Assembly (NCBI RefSeq): GCF_000981445.1
Contig: NC_027216.1
Location: forward strand, 2,046,001 to 2,110,000
Length of the DNA stretch: 64,000 nt
Reading direction: 5' to 3'
Source: Babesia bigemina
Taxonomy: Eukaryota
Shown: positions 36,201-45,691 of the stretch, piece after piece
How positions within the stretch are numbered: the stretch's first letter is position 1
Layout of the letters: every line of letters begins with the position of its first letter
Position numbers and translations under genes: made by a program
Notes under the pieces: generated by a model
Database searches by the model: none
Told to the model about the DNA's origin: nothing
What the model saw: the letters and a program-made list of their open reading frames with translations, nothing else

Positions 36201-39200
36201 TCAACGCGAACTGCGCGTGCGCCGTGAGGTCCAAGGATCACAGCGACTACGTGTCGTTCCGTTACATCCCCAGCAACATCGACGGCGAGTCCGCTTCGAT
36301 ATCCGTCGAGGGCATGATCTCGAGCGCATGCAACAAGTGCACCACCAACTTGGTCTGCCGGTGCGAGATCGAGACGTTCTGGGTGTCCATTCTGAACATA
36401 CTGACGAAGGAGATCGACTCGACGTCCCACTACCGCATGGTGAACTACCTGCTGAACTGCCTGCTGACGACCTTCACTCTGGGCGATGAAGAGATCGACG
36501 TGCTGCTGTCGTCCTCGAATTTGGGCCCCGCCTTTTGCGAGTTGTTCGTGTCCTGCACCCGCAAATTGGGGCAAGAGCACTTGTGCGACTCGGGTTACGT
36601 CATAAGCACCGCCGACGCGGCGTTCGCGAACCTGGTGTCGCCCACGCTGCACGGGATGTTCCTTTACCGCTGGCTGCCGCCGCTGCAACGCGCGCCGCAG
36701 GAGTGCCTGTACTCGTCGAGTTCGGAGCTGTTCCAGAGCGTGCTGGTCACGCAGGGGTACCGTCGCAGCATACGCGTGGTGAGCGATTCCAGCAGCGACC
36801 CGTTTTCCACCCTTCCGCACTCGGACAACTTCGTGACCCACCGCGCCTCCGCGGACTTCGAGGCGGACATCAGCGGGCACACGCTGCACATAACGCGCGC
36901 GCAGAACATGGGCGGGATAGTGCTGTTCCGCATCCCCATCAACATGGGCTCGACCACCTCCATGCAGGGCAGCGTGAACTTCTTCATTCTGTCGCCCGGC
37001 CGTTTCGGCATCACGGTTGCGCCAGCGGACTGCGTCTTCGGCTCCGTCATCGACCTGTTCGACCGCAACGACGTGGTGGGCTTCATGACGTCGCTGTGCC
37101 CGCCGTTTGTGCATGACGTGTTCGCGGCAACCATCAACTATAGGGTGGGCGACGTGTTGTCGGCGTCGTTCAACGTGGAGAGGCAGGAGGACGGCCAGGT
37201 GTGCCTCCGGACGGAGCTGCTGATCGCCGGGAACAGCATAGGCTCCGTGCTGGAGGTTGTCTACGACCCCGCGACGCAGAACGAGCCCATGCGCCGCATG
37301 AGCCTGGTGTTCATATTCCAGGACCCGCAGACCATCGTCTACAACGGCCTGAACGAGAACTCCTCCGCCGAAAGCGGGCGTTTGGTGAGTCGCGAGACAT
37401 TGAGCACCTTCCGGAGCGACACGGCGTCCGACCAGCCGGTCGAGTTCCCCGTGTACTCCTCCGGCGAGAACGCCGAGCGGCCAATGTCGCCTACAGGCAG
37501 CGGTCGCCGGCTGCCCGTGCGCCTGCCCTCCGTCACCCCCATTTCTCGCGGTTCCGGCCGGAACGTGGTCAACCGGGTGGAGCGCGCTGAGCGCGGCGAA
37601 AGCAGCGACCGTGGCGCCACATCGGAGGAAGCCTTCAGCGTGAGCTCCGACGAGCAGCGCGACCACGACGACGTGTCTGTGGAGCACTTCCCGTCGCTCG
37701 AGAAGTTCACGAACACAGACTGGGACGTCGACTACGACCTCAGGGCCGACGACGAGCTAGAGGTCGGCTCGCTGCCTGAGGATGTCCTGCGCCTGTGTAA
37801 GGACGAGATCTGGGACGACATCGTGAACCCGCGTGGCTCCATGACATCCGCGAAGTCGGCGATAATGTTCGCGGAATCGGTGCAGCTGTATCAGGCGATC
37901 CTGACAACCAACATCCCGCTGCTCAGCGGCGTGAAGGAGGAGGTGGTCGGCCAGCTGTGCATGTCCTTCGAGACCCTGTGCGGCAAGCTCCAGGAATCGC
38001 GCGAGTTGGGCGACGTCGAGCGTGCTGCGCTGCGTGACTGCTACAGCTGGCTATGCGTTTTGGGCTGCGACGTCGACTCCGGCGCGTGGAAGAAGAAAGC
38101 CTTCACTCGTGACGCCAAGTGTGAGAAGGTCTCCGACTTCAGCCTCCCGTGGCTGCTAGGCTCGTCCTCCACCTTGCGCTCGTGCTGCTCGAAGCTGAGC
38201 AGCGACAGCTGTCGCAAGCTGCTGGCATCGCTGTCGGAAATTTTGTCCGTGCCGTGCATAGCGTCCGCTGTGATGTACGTTCGCAACACGGATGCGTGCC
38301 TGCGTTTCGCGCCATTTGCGGAGTCGAAAACTATGTTCCCGACCCAGTCCCTGCTGCTGGCCTTCGGGGCCGCATGCCTGCTGTGCTGCGTGCTGCTGGC
38401 CCGTGTGCTGTGCGAGAAGGGAATAAGGTATGGCTGCGGCGACGACGACCTGGAGTTCGAAACGGCGTGTATCGACCAGTTGGTGTGCTTCATCATGGCG
38501 TTTGTCGACGCTCCGGGCATGTCTGAGTCAAGGATCGGGAAGGACCGCGTGCTGAGCCTGCTGTCCCTTCTGGGCATTGAAACCTGCGACGTGGATGAGG
38601 TGAGTTCGGTTAGTGCCTCGAGCCGTGAGGGCGACGTGGGCGGTGATCCGGTTGCTACCAGCGAGGGTGCGTTGGCCCCCTGTGATTCCTTTGAATCGAT
38701 CTCGCCGGATCAGTTCTGGAGCCTGGTGTACGACGCGGTGCATTCGCAGCGCCTTTCGGAGCATGCCGTCCAGGTTCTGGATGGGCACAAGGTGCCTGAC
38801 ATAGCCCCCAACACCAAGATGTTCGCTACGTGTGACTACAGCTACCACTGCAGCGCCCGCGTGCCGTCCGCCAGTCGGCACACGTTGCGCCGCAGCCTGC
38901 GCCCCAACATTGTGGAGCACAACGTGTTCGACCTGGCTGCAGTGCTGCTGTCGCTGTGCCCGGAGTATTTCGCGTGCCGTTTGGTGGAGGGTGAGCAGGA
39001 GAAGGGCCTCCAGGTCTTCCGCGCCACCGTCAAGCACTTCGTCAGGTGTTACGACTTCAACAGCACCGACTACTGGCATTGGGGCTACATGGCGGGCTCA
39101 GTGAGCGTGGGCTGCATGGACCAGTACTCGTTCAGCGTGGACCCTCTGTACGGCTGGCAGCGCCTGTTCTACATGGAGAAGGACCCCAGCAGGCTGGACG

Positions 39201-42200
39201 AGATGCTGGCCGTGTTGTTCACCGAGCTGGTGTACTGCGTCGCGATGTTGGTTCACGACCAGAGCGCCCACCACGGCCTGGCTCACGTCGTCCACTGGAT
39301 CTTGGACGCGTTCCTGCGCCACCCCCTGTGCAGCGGCTCGATCCGCAAGCGGTTCGTGACCAACTACGTGTGGTCGATCGTGCACACGTTGTTGGTGAAC
39401 TGCTCTGCGCTGCCGTGCAAGCTTGCGGTGGTGGCCTCGCGCCTGTCCGCCTGGATGATCCCCGTGTCGACTCCCGCCCAGCTCAGCGAAATATTCATGG
39501 TCACGCAGTACTGCGGCACGAGCGCCCTTCACCGCGTGACGGGTTTGTGCAACTTTTACAACATCCTGGACCTCGACACGTTCACCAACATCGAGCTGAA
39601 GCGCCAGGACCACGCTGCCAAGCTCGCCAGCGCCGTGTTGGTGCACCTGTTCGCGTCCACGCTGGCCATGCTGCTGGAGAAGGGCTGCGACCCCGTCTTC
39701 GACCCCGACGACATTTTGAGCATTGCGCACTACATGATGATCGGCAAGAACTCCACGACGTACTCCGAGAAGTTCGTCCGTTGCATTCTGGGCATTCCGC
39801 AGGACCTGGTGCTGCAGGCGTGCATCCCCCCACACTATCGGTCATCGGGGGGCCTGGCCAAGATGACTCGGACGTTCATCACCACGTCCAGGTCCAAGAG
39901 CATCTCGCTGACGCTTCGGCTGAAGCGCATTTGCCGCGTGGTGCTGTGCGCGGACCGCGAGTGCACGCGCATCATCTCGGAGACCCTGCTGTACCCCGAC
40001 GTCTGCCTGCGCGTGCCCAACGGCCAGCCGGTCTACGTGGACTGCGGTGACCCGCTGCCGTTCGACCTCATGCGGCAGCGCTGCTGCCTCCCGGCGGTGA
40101 TCGTGTATCGCGACGTGAGCGAGCGCTGCAAGGAGGCGGTGTTTCGCATCGGCTTCACGGCGCGGGGCATCCGCGAGGTGTGCTCGCCCTCGAGCAAGGT
40201 CCACTTCGAGGATGGCTTCTTGTACCTCGAGGTGGTCGGCGAGTTGGAGATATCGCAGGTCGTGGTCAGCGACGAGATCATTTGGCACTACGGCCGCACT
40301 ACCGTTTGCTTGACCCTGCCGAGTTCGGTGGAGCTCCTGCGGCCGTACATCGCGGTATCGCATCCCTCGGACCCGTCCTACCACGAGGACGTGATGGTGG
40401 TGCGCAACACGGCGTCGCTACCCGTGGGGTCGCTGTGCTACTACATCGCGTCGCAGTCGCCGCCATCGCTCGAGTCGTTCCCGGGATACGTGCGTCTGAG
40501 CGTCCCCTTCAGGTCAGGGATTTCGCTGAGCAACGTGGCGCCCCAAGTCGACTGCACGAACGCAGCTCATCTGGATGCATGCGGCGACACGACTGTGGTG
40601 GACGTTCCCGGCACCGCCGACTTGGGCGCCATGTGCACCCACATGGCTCTGCCTTTCGACGTGTCGGTCAAGGTGCTGTCGTCGCGCCCCGATTTCTTCG
40701 TCGGTCTTGAGTGGCTGGGGTTGCGTTTCCTGTGGTTCGCTAACGGCACCATTCAGTGCCCAATGGACCCGCCTCTTTTCAGGTCGGCCTCCATGCGCAC
40801 CTCTCGGGTCTCGGTATCCGGCACCGGCTTCGCCAAGGACGACGTGGTGGGCCTGCGGTTCGCTCCGGATGAGTGCAAGCTGCTTTTCGTGGTCAACGAC
40901 AAAATCGCCATGGTCCTAGATTTCCGGAAGTTCTACCAGCCCTACTTGTCGCCGCATACGCTGAGCGAGTCCTCCGCCGTGGCTGCCAACTTGGGTGGCT
41001 CGAGCCTGTCGGTGCTGCAGAACAGCTTGTTCAACGCCATCCTGTCCGACGACCTTTCGACGGTTCGCGGGCTCGTGTACTTCATCACGGGCGGCTCCGT
41101 TGCGGCCAACGTCCGGATTTCGCTGTTTGAGACCGCGCTGAGCGACACGCAGCCCCCCGAAGCGCAACGTAAGCCGTACGACCAGTATAATGCGGTGTAC
41201 CTGTGCTGTCTGTTGAACCGTCTGGAGATTCTGCGGTGCATTTCGGTCGTGGGCGATGTCAACTTCGACGGCCGGAGCGGCCCGTCGAACGAAAGCCCGC
41301 TCATGGCTGCCGCGAAGAACGGCTGCACGGCGGTGATTTCGTATCTGCTGAGCATAATGGGCGCCGATGTCAACGGCCGCGACCGCTTCGGCAACACCGC
41401 GCTGATCCACGCGCTCGTCGAGAACGACGCGGCGCCTTTTGGCAAACGGTGCAGCAGCGTCCTCGAGACCGTGGACATGCTGGTCACCTTCGGTGCGGAT
41501 GTCCAACTTCGCAACAATGCGGGGTGCGGCATCCTCGACCTGTTCCCCTCGGGCAACGACGATCTGCAGGACATGTGCATGTACGTGGTCGAGCGTTACA
41601 ACCTGAGGCGGTTCTTCGGCCCCAATTACGGCAAGTTGCACCGGGCGTGGCCGGGCCTGCTGGGTGGCAGCGAGTTCGTCTGCGGCGTGGGCAACGGCGA
41701 CCAGTTCCACGTCGGCGACGTTGCACTGAACGCAGTGACCATCGACGGGAGCGACCTGATGGTCGAGCAGGCCGAGGTCGACAAGTCCTACGACTTCGGA
41801 GAGCGGGTGGCGATATCCCGGGGCACGAAAATGGACCAGCTGGAATCGATCCTGGAGAAGATCCGCACGGCTCTGCTGCTGCTGACAACGAAGCTCTCCG
41901 ATTCGGAGTCCGCGGAGCCAGTGCACCTGAAATCCGTGGTGCACTTGAACCACGGAGACAGCCTGGGCAGCGAGATCTCCACGGTGCTGCGCGGCTTCGT
42001 GCATGATCTGAAGGCGTACAGCAACTGGTCGAAGAGCCGTGTGCTGCACGGCTTCGTGCGGCTCGCCACCGACTACTGCAACCAGGTAACCGCTTTGCCC
42101 AGCGACAGCGCGGTGGTGCTGAGCCTGCTGAACTTCGAGCGGTGCGTGAGCGAGCTGCGCCTGTTCCCTCGCGCTGACACCTCACCGCTGACGACCCTGC

Positions 42201-44800
42201 AGCTGTACCGCGGCGTGTTCCAGGGCTGCAACGTGTTCCACTGCGACTTTTCGCTGTACTCGCAGGACTACATGGCGGTTTCGTGTTTGGACCGTTTGTC
42301 GCGTTACCTGGACACGTTCCGCAGCCACCGAGCCACCACCCTGGACTTCGACGGCCTGGAGCTGCCCAGTTACTGCCGCGAGCGCATCGACGTGACCGTC
42401 AGGTGCCACGCGTACGCGTTCGACCGCCTCCGATCCAGCCTGAATCGGGATGTGACCACGGATATCGACTTCGCCCTCCACTGCGTGTCTGACCTGCTCA
42501 ACAGCGCTCCCGCCACCAAGCAGATGATCGCCGCGATGGTGATGCAGTGCCAGTCGCGTCTGGAGCTGCAGAGCCGCCTGCCGCCGCTGGACTCGCCGCT
42601 CTGGAACGGCATCTACACCACGGTGGACCATCTGCTGGAGTGCCTGATGAAGCTGAAGGGTATCCTGCGGAACCGGCTCTCCCGCGAGCACCTGGACGAG
42701 GTCGACATTTTCATGCTTCTGCAGCACATGGCCAAGGTGCTGGACGACAGCGTGCTGCGGGACTACATTCTGAACTCCAACGCGGGCTCGGACACGAGCT
42801 CCACCTTGCGCGCCGTGGTGGACAAGCTCCAAATCGGCGACGTGCGCAGCGCGCCGAACGACAACGGGATGCGGATCATCAGCTACTCGAGCATGCACAA
42901 CGATGTGATGGCAGGCCGCCGGTCGGAGTTCGGGACCCGTCGTTGCTTCGAGGTGGGAGATTGCGTGATATCCGCGTGCTGTTACATGCTGGTGAGCGAC
43001 CGCATTGCGCTGATGGACCACGTCAACGAGACCTTCAAGCTGCTGGCGCCCATTGTCGGCACGGTTCTGAACCAGCCGCTGGTGGAGTACCTCCCGCTGG
43101 AGCACCAGCTGCTGCCCACCTACGAGTCGTTTGTGAGCGCGCCGCCATGCTGGCGCTCGAGCACGCTGGTGTTGCAGAAGAACGTCGCCGCGCAGGGGCG
43201 GCATCCCGCCGCGCGTGACGAATTCGGGGTCTGCCTGGGCCCGCCCGATATCCCCGTGCACTGGAGCACGTACCTGGGCAACCGCTGCCTGATCCGCCGC
43301 TCCGTGATCAACGACATGTACAGCAAGATCTTCTTGTCGCTGCAGAGCCTGAACCGCGAACGCCCGTACTTTTCGATCCGAGTCGACCGCGGCATAGCCG
43401 CCACTGCGTCCTCCCTGAAACACACCTTGTGGTTCCAGAGCTGCTCGCAGATCCTCAACTGCAACCCGAACATCCTGCGCGCCCGCAACAACCAGCGCCC
43501 GTTCATGGTCGTGTTCCGCGGCGAGGGCGCGACCGATTTCGGCGGCCCTTTCCAGGAGCTGCTGAGCTCGATATCGAACGAGGTGATGTCGCCGCTGACG
43601 CTGGAGTCCCGATTGACCAAGAAGCGCCACTTCGGGTGCGTGCGCTGCGCCAACACGATCCACTCGCACGGGCTGTTCCAGGACACGGTGATGCTGAAGT
43701 TCAGCTCCCCCATCCACCCGATGCTGCGCCTCCTGAAGAGCGAGTGCCCGGAGCCTTTCAAGATCTCCGTGCACTGCGGCGACCTGGGCGTCAGCTGTTC
43801 CACGGGATGCTGCAGCGTCGCGAACCCGCTTTCGGTGGTCGACGAGCCTTCGGACGAGCTGTCGTTCCGCGAGAACTGCCAGTGCGGCGGCAGCGAGTGC
43901 TACGACGAGCACTGCATGCAGGGCCTGCCCATGGAGCTGGCGATGTACGAGTCGCTGGGCCGTCTGTTCGCGATGTGCGCGTGCATGATGAACCCCCTGA
44001 ACGTCGCTCTCAACCCCATGATCTGGAAGAAGCTGCTGGCGGCCAACCTCAGCCTGAAGGACCTGGCGGAGTGCGACAAGCTGTCCAGCGACCTCCTCCA
44101 CAGGCTGCGCCGCGGCGGCAGGTCAAGCACGCTGCTGAACGACCTGACGTTCAGCCTGGAGTCGAACGACGGGCGCGTCACCGAGCTGTTGCTGGACGGC
44201 TCCAACATCAGCGTGACCGAGGAGAACGTCGACCTGTTCGTCCGCCTGGCCACCCACTTCCGCCTGACCCAGTGCGACGTTTCGTGCACGTGGCTGGCGC
44301 GCGGGTTCAACGCGGTGCTGCCCATCGGCCGCTTCCGCATGCTGCTGGACCACAAGCTGCTGGAGTTCATGGTCTGCGGCGACCCGCGCATCGACCTGGA
44401 GGTGCTGCGCGCCCACACCGTGTCCTCCTCGTCACAGCTGAAGCGCGACCTGTTCGACGTGCTGGCGAACTTCGACAACGCCAAGATGCAGCTGTTCCTC
44501 CGCTTCGTCAGCGGCAGGTCGCGACTGCCCCCGGCGCAGTCCGAGTGGAGCCTCTACGTGGAGTACGAGCAACTAAAGGTACGTGGCAAAACTGTGCGAT
44601 ACACATTAACGCAGGAGGACGTTGACAACTGCGACAACCGGCTGCCCACGGCGGCGACCTGCAGCTTCCGGCTGCTCATGCCCAAGTACTCGAGCAAAGA
44701 GATCATGCTCCAGCGGCTGTCGTACGCCATCCACCACTGCATGGCGATCGACCTGGACGCATACCAGGTGCACGACGAGATGCACCTCAACTCCCCATAA
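30299..44800 (+). CDS. Giant HECT E3 ubiquitin ligase (~4820 aa) with SPRY-like and ankyrin regions; probable in-frame intron 44579-44614
   Basis: VFRGEGATDFGGPFQE, FLRFVSGRSRLP, LPTAATC (catalytic Cys), IDLD; ankyrin SPLMAAAKNG..GADVNGRDRFGNTALIHA. Confidence 0.93.
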   Translation: MAQPEADASARPSGQSLSADVVSFKSLIYSRYTFIGRCRLNGSLNEADEFCLLQGVQLLICKSHSTLLEALDRGVGALSGLEGLCNSFASSLDELCRLHSPGDAATHRSLSSHASVASDVDCTACSDERTADVDDSVRCESTHFDWEKCALDEAFSKVAKRNAYNFKSLASRFDKRFYDCFLHSEGSESDILLKDGDALPLRIDAEGLLRLCKETPSIGTVCNNIRRYRAECRSKLSQMHNVDTRLAGTSAAPSGDPQPSVRLPVSFERMIVMLKAKICSQSVFVNIRLWQLEGRSNDYICDQFLSHLKDLRDDVLRCPCDYSKWVRILIASEPVAEMGALESTSYDAVYQHLCGILQFASSSGFSGVFDLCIDVMFCLSVRHPNACQTLECCLNYLKTVVIPTLPHPCGDPTTPRPDNSAVWLPRLSASFESLIDLEYLSLHHPLLMNSSEGGSDDSCDRVFSTSITKLGCYVMRVDVSIDEVSDSASIHKPASTSSVFRITIRHSQKEPLPDRSVTFVSDGHHMMVFDSGFALLDLHSLKSYSVEFLFSNGNLLVYLNGTRFYMLDLCEAWQLDLSTGGAIDVSIAVDSSCVHLEQPWSLTPGLRSEMMRRQLVGCCGFPLASSGRACLLNSLYERHFFMAKVTSSLHNMLSRIFHSFRGHSSPGFTWSAHFVRYLRLWFEILFCNLECISSICTYFTASGGVNALTLWRLISETILSCLSVLRLSLSIPTGSVKLPSDMLELVASCFVACVRFRAITSGCHDTDHYHLQFDLDSLASAINVAAISFVSACPDIFSQIFLTLRLEVLVEILVHTVSVEQFPAHGDAGGNVSIEALKFLSSGDCIAIFTKRALSQNMPGFLRDGAKFVGDVDNHWWKTILKFLESGKCHLQESRISVDPVGAEYCTCEAVKYGDSVASPFFTCCYGCVRRYCTPTDANTRTHDYQPLTGPAALYSCPRPHMLLCRLLLKHGILFLCLNTSVSYKEAGWDCVDRLSSTVDMDYRKAFERFCDWRGDILYGRLDGLLKVDNANTYFRLFNKDDVSVLEYIVLRLLRYSEFAYGLLSENLVEVSSDLLSEFGSSAHNFINTLSIVDALSYMVELFEYMTVVDGHASVVHRTFVACANLLPCIFRVLILMKRCIKRYSTFFEAFSLFMNYVVLQFHSLAYLLGKVITYMYNHCKRYSKEHLLSVAELGALNSEVSRIKGIEDQRGVDLPQWVLYGAWLEFEDRSDFYTGLRRLTMLLQDFHYRSSHASFTEDFNVGRPPASDGTTWALGILRGDAACIDRLRPYYRSLHPSLGVCQLGFVAVFIHLLGGESGSVEFCTRSASQAVLQVLRQLQNVQTLFATMSDLDRLHAIRQGYLDDIHRRCLWVVENTRGGLYYVKNEPMPRAGHASTPGVTLEDDDAPVVTDGVKRCSSIPHLLRASKRDPRNFERGFSDIFLTRRSAGRQSSAWRSHSVGAARCSSPVASNDPEVLRVDIRPHMGDVIGFLLYGPSAAVCQSDLQAERLSAMCRHSMWRCVNALTSLLVDTRLRDDGSNAEKDHDSPSYTRPLLVHMTSLPSDDKVLVCSDGMHAVLKLLWYCIVKTTRCMVIRSASDSVVPSPGASAGLRSSFDAMLERAQSTVLEKLCSWYLSSGVCNLNYAIRSREHLPSWVRISLPFFSLLFSLGLDPLNNPRYATPIFQQMLSVLQPLRLGPSGAAGLDSCPTKGVRSIVVLFVSYEMLRLCNVSVNAVFQTLWSSRYSKRDFIKVSRGLLYVWVKTTSDVQPPIEKPELTLRLLWSLKTLDPCTVESDLEPLNAMIRGLTSREVAETPQPAVPGELIMWHMYPREDSDIVDVSFIDKHVSTVSSDVDVCDITIPIYINITLRHENAALRAVDLSVLQYLGGKLEVESGSGIWSQLNGGDPTNSVHPMRVHLHYLLRVLIWMAFSPGPHGSNTDTGNVEISYCLCRLLLRSLREVAAMLVIFNANCACAVRSKDHSDYVSFRYIPSNIDGESASISVEGMISSACNKCTTNLVCRCEIETFWVSILNILTKEIDSTSHYRMVNYLLNCLLTTFTLGDEEIDVLLSSSNLGPAFCELFVSCTRKLGQEHLCDSGYVISTADAAFANLVSPTLHGMFLYRWLPPLQRAPQECLYSSSSELFQSVLVTQGYRRSIRVVSDSSSDPFSTLPHSDNFVTHRASADFEADISGHTLHITRAQNMGGIVLFRIPINMGSTTSMQGSVNFFILSPGRFGITVAPADCVFGSVIDLFDRNDVVGFMTSLCPPFVHDVFAATINYRVGDVLSASFNVERQEDGQVCLRTELLIAGNSIGSVLEVVYDPATQNEPMRRMSLVFIFQDPQTIVYNGLNENSSAESGRLVSRETLSTFRSDTASDQPVEFPVYSSGENAERPMSPTGSGRRLPVRLPSVTPISRGSGRNVVNRVERAERGESSDRGATSEEAFSVSSDEQRDHDDVSVEHFPSLEKFTNTDWDVDYDLRADDELEVGSLPEDVLRLCKDEIWDDIVNPRGSMTSAKSAIMFAESVQLYQAILTTNIPLLSGVKEEVVGQLCMSFETLCGKLQESRELGDVERAALRDCYSWLCVLGCDVDSGAWKKKAFTRDAKCEKVSDFSLPWLLGSSSTLRSCCSKLSSDSCRKLLASLSEILSVPCIASAVMYVRNTDACLRFAPFAESKTMFPTQSLLLAFGAACLLCCVLLARVLCEKGIRYGCGDDDLEFETACIDQLVCFIMAFVDAPGMSESRIGKDRVLSLLSLLGIETCDVDEVSSVSASSREGDVGGDPVATSEGALAPCDSFESISPDQFWSLVYDAVHSQRLSEHAVQVLDGHKVPDIAPNTKMFATCDYSYHCSARVPSASRHTLRRSLRPNIVEHNVFDLAAVLLSLCPEYFACRLVEGEQEKGLQVFRATVKHFVRCYDFNSTDYWHWGYMAGSVSVGCMDQYSFSVDPLYGWQRLFYMEKDPSRLDEMLAVLFTELVYCVAMLVHDQSAHHGLAHVVHWILDAFLRHPLCSGSIRKRFVTNYVWSIVHTLLVNCSALPCKLAVVASRLSAWMIPVSTPAQLSEIFMVTQYCGTSALHRVTGLCNFYNILDLDTFTNIELKRQDHAAKLASAVLVHLFASTLAMLLEKGCDPVFDPDDILSIAHYMMIGKNSTTYSEKFVRCILGIPQDLVLQACIPPHYRSSGGLAKMTRTFITTSRSKSISLTLRLKRICRVVLCADRECTRIISETLLYPDVCLRVPNGQPVYVDCGDPLPFDLMRQRCCLPAVIVYRDVSERCKEAVFRIGFTARGIREVCSPSSKVHFEDGFLYLEVVGELEISQVVVSDEIIWHYGRTTVCLTLPSSVELLRPYIAVSHPSDPSYHEDVMVVRNTASLPVGSLCYYIASQSPPSLESFPGYVRLSVPFRSGISLSNVAPQVDCTNAAHLDACGDTTVVDVPGTADLGAMCTHMALPFDVSVKVLSSRPDFFVGLEWLGLRFLWFANGTIQCPMDPPLFRSASMRTSRVSVSGTGFAKDDVVGLRFAPDECKLLFVVNDKIAMVLDFRKFYQPYLSPHTLSESSAVAANLGGSSLSVLQNSLFNAILSDDLSTVRGLVYFITGGSVAANVRISLFETALSDTQPPEAQRKPYDQYNAVYLCCLLNRLEILRCISVVGDVNFDGRSGPSNESPLMAAAKNGCTAVISYLLSIMGADVNGRDRFGNTALIHALVENDAAPFGKRCSSVLETVDMLVTFGADVQLRNNAGCGILDLFPSGNDDLQDMCMYVVERYNLRRFFGPNYGKLHRAWPGLLGGSEFVCGVGNGDQFHVGDVALNAVTIDGSDLMVEQAEVDKSYDFGERVAISRGTKMDQLESILEKIRTALLLLTTKLSDSESAEPVHLKSVVHLNHGDSLGSEISTVLRGFVHDLKAYSNWSKSRVLHGFVRLATDYCNQVTALPSDSAVVLSLLNFERCVSELRLFPRADTSPLTTLQLYRGVFQGCNVFHCDFSLYSQDYMAVSCLDRLSRYLDTFRSHRATTLDFDGLELPSYCRERIDVTVRCHAYAFDRLRSSLNRDVTTDIDFALHCVSDLLNSAPATKQMIAAMVMQCQSRLELQSRLPPLDSPLWNGIYTTVDHLLECLMKLKGILRNRLSREHLDEVDIFMLLQHMAKVLDDSVLRDYILNSNAGSDTSSTLRAVVDKLQIGDVRSAPNDNGMRIISYSSMHNDVMAGRRSEFGTRRCFEVGDCVISACCYMLVSDRIALMDHVNETFKLLAPIVGTVLNQPLVEYLPLEHQLLPTYESFVSAPPCWRSSTLVLQKNVAAQGRHPAARDEFGVCLGPPDIPVHWSTYLGNRCLIRRSVINDMYSKIFLSLQSLNRERPYFSIRVDRGIAATASSLKHTLWFQSCSQILNCNPNILRARNNQRPFMVVFRGEGATDFGGPFQELLSSISNEVMSPLTLESRLTKKRHFGCVRCANTIHSHGLFQDTVMLKFSSPIHPMLRLLKSECPEPFKISVHCGDLGVSCSTGCCSVANPLSVVDEPSDELSFRENCQCGGSECYDEHCMQGLPMELAMYESLGRLFAMCACMMNPLNVALNPMIWKKLLAANLSLKDLAECDKLSSDLLHRLRRGGRSSTLLNDLTFSLESNDGRVTELLLDGSNISVTEENVDLFVRLATHFRLTQCDVSCTWLARGFNAVLPIGRFRMLLDHKLLEFMVCGDPRIDLEVLRAHTVSSSSQLKRDLFDVLANFDNAKMQLFLRFVSGRSRLPPAQSEWSLYVEYEQLKVRGKTVRYTLTQEDVDNCDNRLPTAATCSFRLLMPKYSSKEIMLQRLSYAIHHCMAIDLDAYQVHDEMHLNSP

Positions 44801-44802
44801 TT

Positions 44803-45548
44803 TCAGAGTTTTGCCTTCGCCTTGAGTTTGCGCTTGCTGCGCTGCGCCGGGGTGGCCGCGAGGTGCGCCCCGTGGATGTGGAACTTCCAGCGGTCCCACT
44901 CGAGGGCGAACACCGTGCCCTCCTTGAGCACCAGCGCCACCCTCGAGTCGCTCCTGACGATGTAGAAGGCCTGCTCACCATGGGACGGATGCTGCGCGGG
45001 CTTACGTGGTGCGTCTCGCGGACTATGATCCCCGCGATGCCGACGTAGGCGGCGCAGGCGCTGCCGACGACCTCTACGTACGCGCCGTGCAGGTCGCACA
45101 GCGCGAGGTTGCGTGCGACGTGCGCCGGCGCGCTGTGCTTGCCGAGCACGTCCGCGATGTACTCCTGCCAGAGCGTGCGCAGCACCTGGGCGTGCTCGAA
45201 GTCGACCTCCGGCCCCACGGACAGCAGCCCGGCACGCTTCGCAGCGCGGTTGCTGAGCCCGCTGAACTTCGTGAAGCTGTGTCTAACGGTGTACGGCTCG
45301 GGCTGCCGGCCTACGAGGGCGGCCGCCTCTTCGTGCACGGCAGCGTTCAGCTGCAGCACGCGGCTTTCTATCTTGGCCTTCCAGCTCGCTGTGCTCTCCC
45401 CGGCGCGCTCGGCAAGCTTGTTCAGCGTGCTCGCCTCGTCGCCGCCCGGCAGCGCCGGCTGGTAGAGGAATCGGACCTGCTCCGCAGGACGAGGCAGCTG
45501 CAAGTCGTTACCGGTGTTTGCCTTGTGCTTCCCCGATTTTTTGCCCAT
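44803..45548 (-). CDS. POP4: RNase P/MRP subunit p29; intron 44971-45005
   Basis: LWQEYI...DLHGAYVEVVGS...VGIAGIIVRET..|AFYIV...KEGTVF matches the Rpp29 domain. Confidence 0.85.
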
Positions 45549-45691
45549 AATTTGGCGTTAGACTATATTTAGGTGTGTTGGTGTGTGACCTGTCGCGGCG
45601 GCAGGGCTGCGGCCCGCACATTGGCTGAACCAGCCGCCGCGTCGACATGTAACCAAGCGTAGAGCGCTTCCCAGAGACGTCGATGTTGACT

